The position numbers and the translations under genes were made by a program. The notes beneath the pieces are model-generated. The model had not been told where the DNA came from, ran no database searches, and saw nothing but the letters and a program-made list of their open reading frames with translations. Of a DNA stretch of 34,123 nt, positions 16,684-25,266 are shown piece by piece; within the stretch, counting starts at the first letter, position 1; each line of letters opens with the position of its first letter. This stretch comes from Candidatus Magasanikbacteria bacterium GW2011_GWC2_45_8 (GTDB lineage Bacteria; Patescibacteriota; Patescibacteriia; Magasanikbacterales; UBA10146): the NCBI GenBank assembly GCA_001001925.1, contig LCLH01000004.1, positions 1-34,123 on the forward strand. The letters are read 5' to 3'.

Positions 16684-17988
16684 CTAGTAGCGATAATGTT
16701 CCGATTTGTAAGGTCCTTCAACCGGCACTCCCAGATATGTGGCCTGCTCCTGTGAAAGTTTTGTCAACCTCGCCTTGAGATGCGCCAAATGCAGACGCGC
16801 GACTTCTTCATCCAATGCTTTTGGTAAACAATATACTTGCCCGCTCGCATACTCTCCTTTATTTTTCCACAATGCCAACTGCGCAAGTACCTGGTTAGTA
16901 AATGACGCGCTCATTACAAAACTCGGATGCCCTTGCGCGTTGCCCAAATTCACCAAACGTCCGCGAGAAAGAAGAATCAATGTTTTGCTGTTTTTCCATG
17001 TAAAGCGATCCACTTGAGGCTTGATTTGATCCTCGGAGATATCTTTTTGCGATGTAAGCCACGCCACATCTATCTCATTGTCAAAATGCCCGATATTGCA
17101 AACTACCACGCCGTCTTTCATGCTTTTCATGTGCGCGCCGGTAATAATCTTGGTGCATCCGGTGGTGGTTACAAAAATATCCCCCACACCCGCGGCTTGT
17201 TCCATGGTAACCACTTCAAACCCTTCCATAGCGGCTTGCAAGGCGTTGATGGGGTCAATTTCCGTAATCAACACGCGCGCGCCGTAGCCCCGCATGCTTT
17301 GCGAACATCCTTTGCCCACGTCGCCATATCCCGCAATTACCACCACTTTGCCTGCGAGCATGATATTGAGCGCCTGTTTGATGCCGTCCGCCAAACTCTC
17401 ACGGCATCCATATTTATTATCAAACTTTGATTTGGTTACGGAATCGTTCACGTTGATAGCAGGAATCCCGAGTGTTCCCTTTTCTGCCATCTGATACAGG
17501 CGATGCACGCCGGTGGTGGTTTCTTCTGACACGCCTTTTATATCTTTTAACATCTGCGGATATTTTTCGTGCACGAGCAAAGTGAGGTCTCCGCCGTCAT
17601 CCAGCAGTAAATTAGGTGCCTTGCCTCCGTGGAATTTGAGCGATTGCTCCACACACCACCAATATTCTTTCTCTGTTTCTCCTTTCCACGCAAACACCGG
17701 AACGCCCGTGTGAGCCACCGCCGCGGCCGCTTGATCTTGCGTTGAAAAGATATTACAGCTACTCCAACGAACCTCCGCGCCCAGACGCGTGAGCGTTTCA
17801 ATCAAGACTGCAGTTTGTACGGTCATGTGCAAACATCCGGCAATACGCGCGCCTTTAAACGGTTTTGCGGCGCCATATTTTTTCCGCAAAGACATGAGAC
17901 CTGGCATTTCTTTTTCCGCGATTTCAATTTCTTTGCGCCCCCATGCGGCAAGTTTGATATCCCTAACTTTATAGTCGTGTGATGGCAT
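16684..17988 (-). CDS. ahcY: Adenosylhomocysteinase (S-adenosyl-L-homocysteine hydrolase)
   Basis: Family signature blocks are present throughout (e.g. [17 protein letters not shown]), including the NAD-binding block [13 protein letters not shown], and HFDNEID and [16 protein letters not shown]. Length is 434 aa. Confidence 0.95.
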   Translation of the reverse strand: MPSHDYKVRDIKLAAWGRKEIEIAEKEMPGLMSLRKKYGAAKPFKGARIAGCLHMTVQTAVLIETLTRLGAEVRWSSCNIFSTQDQAAAAVAHTGVPVFAWKGETEKEYWWCVEQSLKFHGGKAPNLLLDDGGDLTLLVHEKYPQMLKDIKGVSEETTTGVHRLYQMAEKGTLGIPAINVNDSVTKSKFDNKYGCRESLADGIKQALNIMLAGKVVVIAGYGDVGKGCSQSMRGYGARVLITEIDPINALQAAMEGFEVVTMEQAAGVGDIFVTTTGCTKIITGAHMKSMKDGVVVCNIGHFDNEIDVAWLTSQKDISEDQIKPQVDRFTWKNSKTLILLSRGRLVNLGNAQGHPSFVMSASFTNQVLAQLALWKNKGEYASGQVYCLPKALDEEVARLHLAHLKARLTKLSQEQATYLGVPVEGPYKSEHYRY

Positions 17989-18014
17989 AGAAAAATAAAA
18001 AATTTAATGATTTT

Positions 18015-18043
18015 ATTGTACTCTCTTTTGCGCGCATATTCAA
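18015..18043 (-). promoter_or_regulatory. Sigma-70-type promoter for ahcY
   Basis: The reverse strand reads TTGAAT (18043-18038), a 17-nt spacer, then TACAAT (18020-18015). The ATG lies 26 nt downstream of the -10. Confidence 0.45.
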
Positions 18044-18078
18044 ATCCCCACACGAACATGTCTGCCCGCGTACGCGGT

Positions 18079-19014
18079 TCACACAATGATACACTGCTTT
18101 GAAGGGTATCCCGCCGCGGCAGACGCTTTGACATACGCGCTCACGCGGAAACGCGGTGGAATTTCCATAAACATTTTAAGCGGAGAAATTTCAAACTTTA
18201 AATGATGAATAAAAAACTGCTGAATCGTTGCAAGCAATTCATTCGGCGCAAAAATATGCCACACGACTCTCTCATGCACCATTGCCGCCGCCGGAGCGAG
18301 CGCATCACCAAGTCCCGACAAATCATTTTTTTTGTACGCGTCGCGCATGCCCCATGGCAAAGTTTCCATGGAAAACAATCCTTCTTTCCCACCTATCGTG
18401 CATAACGTGGAACGCTCACCCACTTCAATAGTTCCTTTAAGCGGAGCCCCAGAAGAAGAACTTTCATGTTTTTCTTGCTCTGCGAGCAGGTACGTGATAC
18501 TTGGCATGTCCACAGCGATACGAACCAAACGTAATCCCGCCCGTGCATACACCACTTTCCAAGAATCTAACACTGACCGCTCCAATGCATAATAACCAAA
18601 TACCTCGCGCGCATTTTCTTTTGTTTGAGAACCTTGGACAGCCCATTCTTTAAAACGTACCTCGCGCGCGGGCACACTAAATAGACTACAGATATGTTCT
18701 TTCAAAAGTGTGTGTGCCTGTTTTTGCGTTACACCTTTTGGCGCCTCAAAAAAACCAAATGTCGTGTTTGATAAAGGAACGCTCATAACACAGTCACAAT
18801 TTTTGATCTTGAGCGCGCTCGCCATAGAGCGCAGAGCCTTTTCCACTTGCTCCAAATCAACATCCGCGTGCTCGCCCGTCTGTGCGCGCTTGAGGCGTAT
18901 CTGCGCATATTTGTGCGCTTGTAAATGATGCGTGTGATGCGTGCATGAGACAACAGTAACCGCTTCATCGGTTACCGCAGTTCCCAATTGAATTGATGAT
19001 CGCAATATGCCCAT
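18079..19014 (-). CDS. Hypothetical protein, divergent PilM/FtsA-like (actin-fold) paralog with degenerate nucleotide-binding motifs
   Basis: The block order matches PilM: N-terminal strand (SIQLGTAV in place of GxDIGS), ..CVMSVPLSNTTFGFFEAP.., ..ERSVLDSWKVVYARAGLRLVRIAVDMPSI.., and ..GTIEVGERSTLCTIGGKEGLFSMETLPWG... The start is taken at the ATG at 19014, since 19035 is a GTG. The fold assignment is pattern recognition only. Confidence 0.4.
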   Translation of the reverse strand: MGILRSSIQLGTAVTDEAVTVVSCTHHTHHLQAHKYAQIRLKRAQTGEHADVDLEQVEKALRSMASALKIKNCDCVMSVPLSNTTFGFFEAPKGVTQKQAHTLLKEHICSLFSVPAREVRFKEWAVQGSQTKENAREVFGYYALERSVLDSWKVVYARAGLRLVRIAVDMPSITYLLAEQEKHESSSSGAPLKGTIEVGERSTLCTIGGKEGLFSMETLPWGMRDAYKKNDLSGLGDALAPAAAMVHERVVWHIFAPNELLATIQQFFIHHLKFEISPLKMFMEIPPRFRVSAYVKASAAAGYPSKQCIIV

Positions 19015-19071
19015 ACAGTATATTAAATATATCACCGCCTCTTTGAGCGATGATATATGGTATGTCTCATG

Positions 19072-19485
19072 TTACTCTGTCAATTTATTGAGACCGGAAA
19101 CCACCAATTGACCTGCCACCACTTTGCCCATTACCGCCACTTTGTCTCCGTTTACAAATCCACGTCCCACCAGTGTTGCCACAAAATTGCTTTGGGGGTT
19201 AGTAACTATTGGATAGGTTTGATTGTCAACTTGCAACTGCGCGACCGCGGTAGTAAGAATAAGTTTACCCGAGTATGTCTGAATCCCCGGAGTGCCGGAG
19301 ATTGGCGCGGTGGGAAGTGTGGGTGGCTGTTTACCGTTTGAGTTAATAATGGGTGTGCCTTGCGTCTTTTGTATAGTGCCCACTTGTTTTGCAAGCCTTT
19401 GGTTCCATGCATATAGAATGCCCCATACGAGCAAAACCACGAGTATTAACGCGCCAATAAGTATAAAGAGCTGTTTTTTGGTCAT
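19072..19485 (-). CDS. Hypothetical membrane-anchored protein (single N-terminal TM, Pro/Thr linker, small beta-rich domain)
   Basis: From the ATG at 19485 it reads MTKKQLFILIGALILVVLLVWGILYAW. A PPTLPTAPISGTPG linker is followed by about 70 aa of beta-type sequence. It sits directly upstream of the PilM-like gene. Confidence 0.5.
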   Translation of the reverse strand: MTKKQLFILIGALILVVLLVWGILYAWNQRLAKQVGTIQKTQGTPIINSNGKQPPTLPTAPISGTPGIQTYSGKLILTTAVAQLQVDNQTYPIVTNPQSNFVATLVGRGFVNGDKVAVMGKVVAGQLVVSGLNKLTE

Positions 19486-19510
19486 AATTTTAGTTAAAAA
19501 GTATGGGATA

Positions 19511-19519
19511 AGTATAGCA
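19511..19519 (-). promoter_or_regulatory. Candidate extended -10 (TGcTATACT) for the 19485 / 19014 gene pair
   Basis: The reverse complement of 19511-19519 is tgctatact, 25 nt upstream of the ATG at 19485. Confidence 0.4.
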
Positions 19520-19557
19520 AAATGGCTAAAAAAATACAAACGAACAGTTTAAAGGTT

Positions 19558-20604
19558 TTATTCTTTACCATTCCACGCATGTATCACCTTCTCCACATCA
19601 TCGGCACTTTGTGTGGTCATGAGCTGTATGCGCAATTCACGCGCACCGTCAAACCCGGAACAATACCACGCCAAGTGCTTGCGCATGTTCAAAAAACGCT
19701 GATCCGGTGAAATTTTTTCAAAATATCGCGAATGCTCTATGCATGCTTGTAATTTTTCTTCACGCGTTGCCGTGTGATCCGCAAACACCCATGGGTTCCC
19801 TTCCGCGGCACGGCCAATCAAAACACCATCCACGCCGTACTGCGCCACGCGTTCGCGCGCTTGCGCAAGCGACGAAACATCACCATTGCCCAAAATCATT
19901 GTGCCGCTTCCGCGCGCAATCTCCACCGCGCGACCAATTGCATCCCAATTTGCCAAACCGGTATACAACTGTTTCAGCGTACGGCCATGAATTGCGATTG
20001 CAACCGGCTCCACCTCAAGCAAATGTTTTATCCATTCTTCTACTGCCACCGCGTCATACCCGATGCGCGTTTTTATAGTAAGCGGCAACACGCAGCGCAC
20101 AGGCGCACCGTCCAAACGCGCCCACTCTGTGTGCACATACTCAAGAATCGCAGGATGCAACCCCGCATCCGCTATCTCAACTCCCCGCCCCCAATCTTCC
20201 AATCCGCGCCGCGCCTCGCGAACAATTTCTTTTGCCAGATCCGGCGTGCGAATCAATGCCGCTCCACTCCCCGCTTCCGCGATATTTTTTGCGGGGCAAC
20301 CCATGTTGATATCCACCCCGTCAAACCCAAGCGCCGCAGCCACCAATGCCGCTTTGTAAAACGCCTCCGGATGATAACCAAAAACTTGTGCCACCACAGG
20401 ACGCTCAAGCTCACTGTAACGAAAATCCCGCATCAAACGCAATGCGCCCGCTTCTATTCCCTCGGCGGCAGTAAATTCCGTATACACAACATGAGGATGC
20501 CCATATTTGGCGGACATAAAACGAAAGGCGGCGTCAGTAACGCCGTCCATTGGTGCAAGCCCTATTATCGGTTTGACAAGTTGTTTCCAGAACCCTCTTT
20601 CCAT
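19558..20604 (-). CDS. dus: tRNA-dihydrouridine synthase
   Basis: It has the Dus-family N-terminus GLAPMDGVTD, the FDGVDINMGCP active-site Cys block, and a TIM-barrel pattern (KTRIG, IHGRT). Length is 348 aa. Confidence 0.9.
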   Translation of the reverse strand: MERGFWKQLVKPIIGLAPMDGVTDAAFRFMSAKYGHPHVVYTEFTAAEGIEAGALRLMRDFRYSELERPVVAQVFGYHPEAFYKAALVAAALGFDGVDINMGCPAKNIAEAGSGAALIRTPDLAKEIVREARRGLEDWGRGVEIADAGLHPAILEYVHTEWARLDGAPVRCVLPLTIKTRIGYDAVAVEEWIKHLLEVEPVAIAIHGRTLKQLYTGLANWDAIGRAVEIARGSGTMILGNGDVSSLAQARERVAQYGVDGVLIGRAAEGNPWVFADHTATREEKLQACIEHSRYFEKISPDQRFLNMRKHLAWYCSGFDGARELRIQLMTTQSADDVEKVIHAWNGKE

Positions 20605-20644
20605 ATTTATGAACTTACCATATACATTTCGTAATTCACCAACA

Positions 20645-22003
20645 CTACTTCGCCGCGTTCAAATTGTCAATATCCTCCTGAAACCCTTTTGCAATCGCAA
20701 TTACATTATCCCCGTAAAAACGAAATGCGACATTGGTGCCGCCTGAAAAATAGCGCATTGCCGCACGCCATTCCGCGTCTTTGGTTTGTGCCGCCGCGCC
20801 GTTTGCTTTGAGTAAAATCGCCGAAGCCATAAATGCGTCGCGCGTATCCCATGGATTTGCCGTCGCTTGTCCCGTAATTGTTGTCACTTCATTCCTATGC
20901 GCCATCCACGTTGACGGAATAAATTGCGCTGGTCCCATGGCACCGCCCCAGCCTATTTTTTTGCCATTTTTTGTCATGGGACATGAAACCGGCATCACAT
21001 CCGGATCCAAACCAAGCTCTTCCGTAATTTGTTTGAATAAAGGCTGATCCCTTTCCGGCTTCATCACCACGCGCCAACTTTTTTCCGGCGGGTCGCCCGG
21101 TCTGTTGCAGGTGCCCACATTGCGCCCCAAATTTGATTCTTGTTTTATGATAGCGAGCAAAAATGCGGGACGCACACCTGTCAGATTTGATGCCCACTGC
21201 GCAAGAGATACCGCCTCGCCAAAATTGATCTGCTTTGACACTCCCACCAAATCGTAAATACGGCTCCTAATTTCCGCGGCGCGCTTGCGCACATCAGACA
21301 ACACTTGCTGATATTGCTTTTCTCTCCCGCCGGTTTCTTTGAGCAAGCTGTCTTGCTCGCGCTTTGCCTGATCAACCGCCTGCTGTTGGAGAGACTGGAT
21401 GGAGAGCAAATTACCAACCGACATTTTTTGATCCTGCAATTCTCCAGCCTTGTTATCCAACTCTTTTTTTAATTCTTTGGTATTCTGCAAAACTTCACGC
21501 AAACCAATCTGCAACTGATCCAACTGGTCAATCTCAAGAAAAAAATCAGACAACGTGTTGGATACCAGCATCAAATCCACCGGAGTAGTTTGATCTTGCT
21601 TATGAATCTGCCTAATGAGCTCGGAAAGCAAAACACGATGCTGGTCAATCTTTTGCATTGTTTCATCTACCTTTTTTTCCGTCACAACCAGTTTGCTTGA
21701 AACATCTTTTAGTTTGAGCGTAGTGGCTTTAATCTGCAAACCCAATTTATCACGTTGTTTTTTAAGCCCCGTAATTTTATTTTGCAATGTTTTTTTCTGC
21801 GTCTGCGTGGTGGCTAGCTCCCCCTCATACTGTTTTATCTGATCCTCAATCTGCTGGAGTTCCTGCTCCAATTGCGCTTTTTCGCTTGCCGTGTCAGCCT
21901 GCGCACGGCGCGTATAGCCAAAAACGCCTGTTGCCACAAGCCCAAACACAATGCACGCAACAAGCATGCACCATACTATTTTTACCTTAAATATTTTCCG
22001 CAT
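20645..22003 (-). CDS. Membrane-anchored coiled-coil protein with a C-terminal MltB/SLT_2-type lytic transglycosylase domain
   Basis: An N-terminal TM is followed by about 230 aa of heptad-rich, EnvC-like coiled coil. Then come PAFLLAIIKQESNLGRNVG (catalytic Glu context) and GAMGPAQFIPSTW. I use the ATG at 22003, since 22009 is a TTG. Confidence 0.7.
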   Translation of the reverse strand: MRKIFKVKIVWCMLVACIVFGLVATGVFGYTRRAQADTASEKAQLEQELQQIEDQIKQYEGELATTQTQKKTLQNKITGLKKQRDKLGLQIKATTLKLKDVSSKLVVTEKKVDETMQKIDQHRVLLSELIRQIHKQDQTTPVDLMLVSNTLSDFFLEIDQLDQLQIGLREVLQNTKELKKELDNKAGELQDQKMSVGNLLSIQSLQQQAVDQAKREQDSLLKETGGREKQYQQVLSDVRKRAAEIRSRIYDLVGVSKQINFGEAVSLAQWASNLTGVRPAFLLAIIKQESNLGRNVGTCNRPGDPPEKSWRVVMKPERDQPLFKQITEELGLDPDVMPVSCPMTKNGKKIGWGGAMGPAQFIPSTWMAHRNEVTTITGQATANPWDTRDAFMASAILLKANGAAAQTKDAEWRAAMRYFSGGTNVAFRFYGDNVIAIAKGFQEDIDNLNAAK

Positions 22004-22010
22004 ACTCAAT

Positions 22011-22019
22011 AGTTTAACA
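22011..22019 (-). promoter_or_regulatory. Candidate extended -10 (TGtTAAACT) for the lytic transglycosylase gene; leaderless
   Basis: The reverse complement of 22011-22019 is tgttaaact, 7 nt upstream of the ATG at 22003. Confidence 0.35.
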
Positions 22020-22100
22020 AATTTTCAATAAACAGGCAATAAAAAAACGGCCGGGCATTAGTCTAATCTAAATAAAATTTTGCTCTCTACGGACATTTTG

Positions 22101-22109
22101 TGCTAAACT
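22101..22109 (+). promoter_or_regulatory. Candidate extended -10 (TGcTAAACT) for the small membrane protein / Clp-like pair; leaderless
   Basis: tgctaaact at 22101-22109 lies 8 nt upstream of the ATG at 22118. Confidence 0.35.
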
Positions 22110-22117
22110 ATTACCAT

Positions 22118-22474
22118 ATGTTCAGCACTCTTTTGCGCACGACCTTTGGCGAACTTTTGTGGGATGCCCTCCTATTCCCTTTTTGGTGGTATAGCTTTGG
22201 CGCGTGGCACGCTTTCCAGTGGGCGCTCGGGTCCATAGGAAACGAGTTCAACCGGCTCAATATCGGGCTATGGACAAAAAATCTTTTTACCCCCATGTAC
22301 GGTCAATATGACTGGCAAGGACGGCTGATCAGTTTTTTTATGCGGCTTGCCCAAATTATCGGCCGTTTTATTTTCTTACTTATTTGGATGATATTCGCCG
22401 TCGCACTTTTTATTGCCTACCTCATACTTCCTATTGCGGTTGTGTATTATTTAATTTCTCTTCCTCTCTTTTAG
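22118..22474 (+). CDS. Small Trp-rich membrane protein of unknown function
   Basis: The 118 aa from the ATG at 22118 contain hydrophobic segments (LLFPFWWYSFGAWHAFQW; FIFLLIWMIFAVALFIAYLILPIAVVYYLI). The gene ends 10 nt before the Clp-like gene. Confidence 0.5.
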   Translation: MFSTLLRTTFGELLWDALLFPFWWYSFGAWHAFQWALGSIGNEFNRLNIGLWTKNLFTPMYGQYDWQGRLISFFMRLAQIIGRFIFLLIWMIFAVALFIAYLILPIAVVYYLISLPLF

Positions 22475-22484
22475 ACGCATCCGT

Positions 22485-25217
22485 ATGCAACTTCAAAAAC
22501 CTTCTCCCCTTGAATTTTTCTCTTGTGGCGCGTGCCGTACCATGCCGGTTCAAAGCAAACTGTGCTTTTCGTGCAAAGGGCTCAAACGCGTGGTGAAACA
22601 AGACGGTTTTTATTTATGGTGGGACTATGAACTCACACCCTCTTCTATTTTTGGGCGGCTAATTGGCAAGCAATTTCAAAACACGGTCAATGCTCTTATC
22701 CTTGTAGGAATTCTAACACTCGCCGGTTTTGCGTTTTGGGACGCTTACGCGCTCTTGCAAAACGCGGGCGGCGGAAATATTTCTCTGCATTTTGCCAAAA
22801 CATTTCAAACACCATTGATTCGTTTAACGTGGGCGATTCTTTTGGGAATGTTTTTATCGTTCCGTATCGGCAAAAGTTCCACAAAAATTCAAATGCCTGT
22901 TGCCGCAAAAGACGGGAAAAAATTTGATGACGTTCCACCTTCTTGCGAGGACGCTTTGCGCCATAAAAAATCATGTTTCAATATCGCGCTCTCCTACTCC
23001 GCGGAAGGAAAAAAAGTGCTGGAAGAAAGCGTAGGGCTTGCCACAAAAGCCGGCGCCAAAAGCGTGGAGCCGTTGCATATTTTTACCGCGCTTTTGGGGA
23101 ATACGCGTGTTGCAAGTGTACTCTCGCGTTTTGGATTGCCCACCAAACAACTCCGGCAGGATATCATCAAATCATGGGGCTCATCCCACGAATCGCGCCA
23201 GCCGGAGTTACCTGATGATTTTTTTCAAATTATTTTCCAAGCTTTTTTGAACGCGTATCATAATAAATGGAAACGCACCGGCCCCACCGAGCTTCTGGTT
23301 GCCGTGGTTACCAGCAATGAAAAACTCCAACAATTGTTGTTTGACGCCGGTATTGACTTGGTCAAGCTGGGAAACGCCGTGGAGTGGATGCGCATCCGCG
23401 AACGCCTGCGTGACCGCTGGAGAAGCGTCCACGAGCAAGGATCGCACCGCTCCGGAACCGGCACTAACCGCGCCATGACCGCACTGGCAACCCCTTACCT
23501 TGACCACTTCTCGCGCGACATCACTTTTGCGGCGCAAAAAGGATACACAGAACTATGCATCGGCCGCGACAAAGAACTTGAATCTATTTTCCGCGTGTTT
23601 GAAAGCGGCGCACGCGGCGTGTTGCTTTTGGGTGAGGCGGGCGTGGGCAAAAATTCTCTCATAGAGGGCGTCGCGGAGCGTATGATTGCGGACGAAGTAC
23701 CGGAAACCTTGTTTGACAAACGTCTGATAGAGCTCCATGTGCCAACTCTACTTGCGGGCGCCGCACCTGCAGAAGCCGAAGCGCGGCTCATTCATATTTT
23801 TAACGAAGTCATCAGGAGCCAAAACATTGTGTTATACATCCCCCACATTGAACAGCTCATCGGCGTCAGTCTTGGGTCAAACGCTTCAAGCATGGATCTT
23901 TCAGACGCGCTCGCGCAACAAATGCAAAGCGGACAAGTAACGGTAATAGCCACCACCACGCCGTTTGAACACCGCCGTTTTATCACGCCGTCTTCTCTTG
24001 GTACGCTGTTTCAAGTGGTGCATGTGGAAGAACCGGAAACCAATGAGGCAATCCAAATTTTACAAGCCAAATCCGGCACCATTGAATACAAAAATAATGT
24101 GTTCCTTTCATACGGCGCGCTTGAAGCCGCGGTAACGCTTTCCCATTCATATATTCATGATCGCTACTTGCCGGAAAAAGCACTGGAAGTAATTGGTGAA
24201 GCGGCCACTGGCGCCCGTTCACAAAAAGGAAAAAATCATTTGGTAACCGCGGAAGACGTTGCGCGTGTGGTGTCTGAAAAAAGCAAAGTGCCGGTGCAAA
24301 GCGTTACGGTGGAAGAAACAGACAAACTGCTTAACCTTGAAACCGAGATGCACAAACGGGTAATCGGCCAAGAAGAAGCGGTCAAGGTTGTTGCGGCCGC
24401 ACTGCGCCGCGCGCGCGCGGAACTGCACTCAAAAAAACGCCCCATTGCTAACTTTCTTTTCATCGGACCAACCGGCGTGGGCAAAACAGAGCTTGCCAAA
24501 ACCCTTGCCGAGGTATATTTTGGGCGTGAAGATCTCATGATCCGTTTGGACATGTCCGAGTATCAAAATTCAAGCGATACCGCGCGGCTGATTGGCACCA
24601 CCAACGAATCCGGCACAGGCGTACTCACGGAAGCGGTCAAAACAAGCCCCGCCTCACTCATACTCCTTGATGAAATTGAAAAAGCGCACCCCAACATTCT
24701 TAATATATTTTTGCAAGTCATGGACGACGGCCGCCTGACCGACAGCACGGGACATACCATTGATTTTACCAACAGCATTATTATTGCCACCTCAAACGCG
24801 GGGGCGGATCATATACAGGAGCAAATGCGCGCCGGCATGCCCTTTGCTGATATTCAAAAAGACCTTTTGCATGGCGGATTGAATCAATATTTTAAACCGG
24901 AATTTATCAACCGCTTTGATGGTGTGGTAGTATTTAAACCGCTTGAAAAAATGGAGATCAAACAGATCGCGGTGCTCATGCTCAAAGGCATTGCGCGCGG
25001 GCTTGAAGAAAAAGGACTTGGGTTTGAGTTTACGGACGCCGCGTTGAACGAGCTGGCCGACGCGGGTTTTGATCCTGTTTATGGCGCCCGCCCACTGCGG
25101 CGCGCAATCCAAGAAAAAGTAGAAAATCCGCTTTCCGAATTTATTCTGCGCGGCGGCTGGCAAAGGCGCGACATTGCGGTGCTTGACGCAGGCGGGAAGC
25201 TTTCTATTAAACAATGA
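22485..25217 (+). CDS. Hsp100/Clp-family double-AAA+ ATPase with an N-terminal zinc ribbon and two TM helices; D1 Walker B degenerate
   Basis: It starts with C14-x2-C17-x9-C27-x2-C30, then two hydrophobic helices, then a Clp_N-like repeat (VLEESVGLATKAGAKSVEPLHIFTALL). D1 has GEAGVGKNS but IVLYIPHIEQL in place of ..IDE.H (PH codons at 23841-23846). D2 is intact with GPTGVGKTELAK, LILLDEIEKAH, SNAG, FKPEFINR and YGARPLRR. Confidence 0.85.
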   Translation: MQLQKPSPLEFFSCGACRTMPVQSKLCFSCKGLKRVVKQDGFYLWWDYELTPSSIFGRLIGKQFQNTVNALILVGILTLAGFAFWDAYALLQNAGGGNISLHFAKTFQTPLIRLTWAILLGMFLSFRIGKSSTKIQMPVAAKDGKKFDDVPPSCEDALRHKKSCFNIALSYSAEGKKVLEESVGLATKAGAKSVEPLHIFTALLGNTRVASVLSRFGLPTKQLRQDIIKSWGSSHESRQPELPDDFFQIIFQAFLNAYHNKWKRTGPTELLVAVVTSNEKLQQLLFDAGIDLVKLGNAVEWMRIRERLRDRWRSVHEQGSHRSGTGTNRAMTALATPYLDHFSRDITFAAQKGYTELCIGRDKELESIFRVFESGARGVLLLGEAGVGKNSLIEGVAERMIADEVPETLFDKRLIELHVPTLLAGAAPAEAEARLIHIFNEVIRSQNIVLYIPHIEQLIGVSLGSNASSMDLSDALAQQMQSGQVTVIATTTPFEHRRFITPSSLGTLFQVVHVEEPETNEAIQILQAKSGTIEYKNNVFLSYGALEAAVTLSHSYIHDRYLPEKALEVIGEAATGARSQKGKNHLVTAEDVARVVSEKSKVPVQSVTVEETDKLLNLETEMHKRVIGQEEAVKVVAAALRRARAELHSKKRPIANFLFIGPTGVGKTELAKTLAEVYFGREDLMIRLDMSEYQNSSDTARLIGTTNESGTGVLTEAVKTSPASLILLDEIEKAHPNILNIFLQVMDDGRLTDSTGHTIDFTNSIIIATSNAGADHIQEQMRAGMPFADIQKDLLHGGLNQYFKPEFINRFDGVVVFKPLEKMEIKQIAVLMLKGIARGLEEKGLGFEFTDAALNELADAGFDPVYGARPLRRAIQEKVENPLSEFILRGGWQRRDIAVLDAGGKLSIKQ

Positions 25218-25266
25218 CAAAGCTGTTTTGCGCTTGATTCCCCACTGGCGCGCAGATTTTTATATT

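Noticed and set aside
16233-16778. A 181-aa plus-strand ORF spanning the tandem repeats and the ahcY 3' end
   Set aside because: It is a shadow frame of the repeat protein. Its own repeats (SSLVAMRDSIPSTRPESSAI) merely mirror the 60-bp repeat. It runs across an intergenic promoter and into ahcY antisense.
18066-18077. A 12-nt perfect palindrome, ccgcgtacgcgg, just after the stop of the PilM-like gene
   Set aside because: It could form only a 4-5-bp stem with a tiny loop, and no T-run follows on the minus strand. That is too weak to call a terminator or operator.
17989-18078. A possible SAH riboswitch upstream of ahcY, a known association in other phyla
   Set aside because: The best promoter (-10 at 18015-18020) leaves only about 20 nt of leader. 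The whole intergenic region is 90 nt, with no pseudoknot-capable GC-rich structure.
19774-20634. A 286-aa ORF on the plus strand covering most of the dus gene
   Set aside because: It is antisense to a well-supported Dus CDS. The translation is Arg/His/Pro/Cys-rich low-complexity sequence with no motif, which is typical of a stop-poor shadow frame opposite a GC-rich gene.
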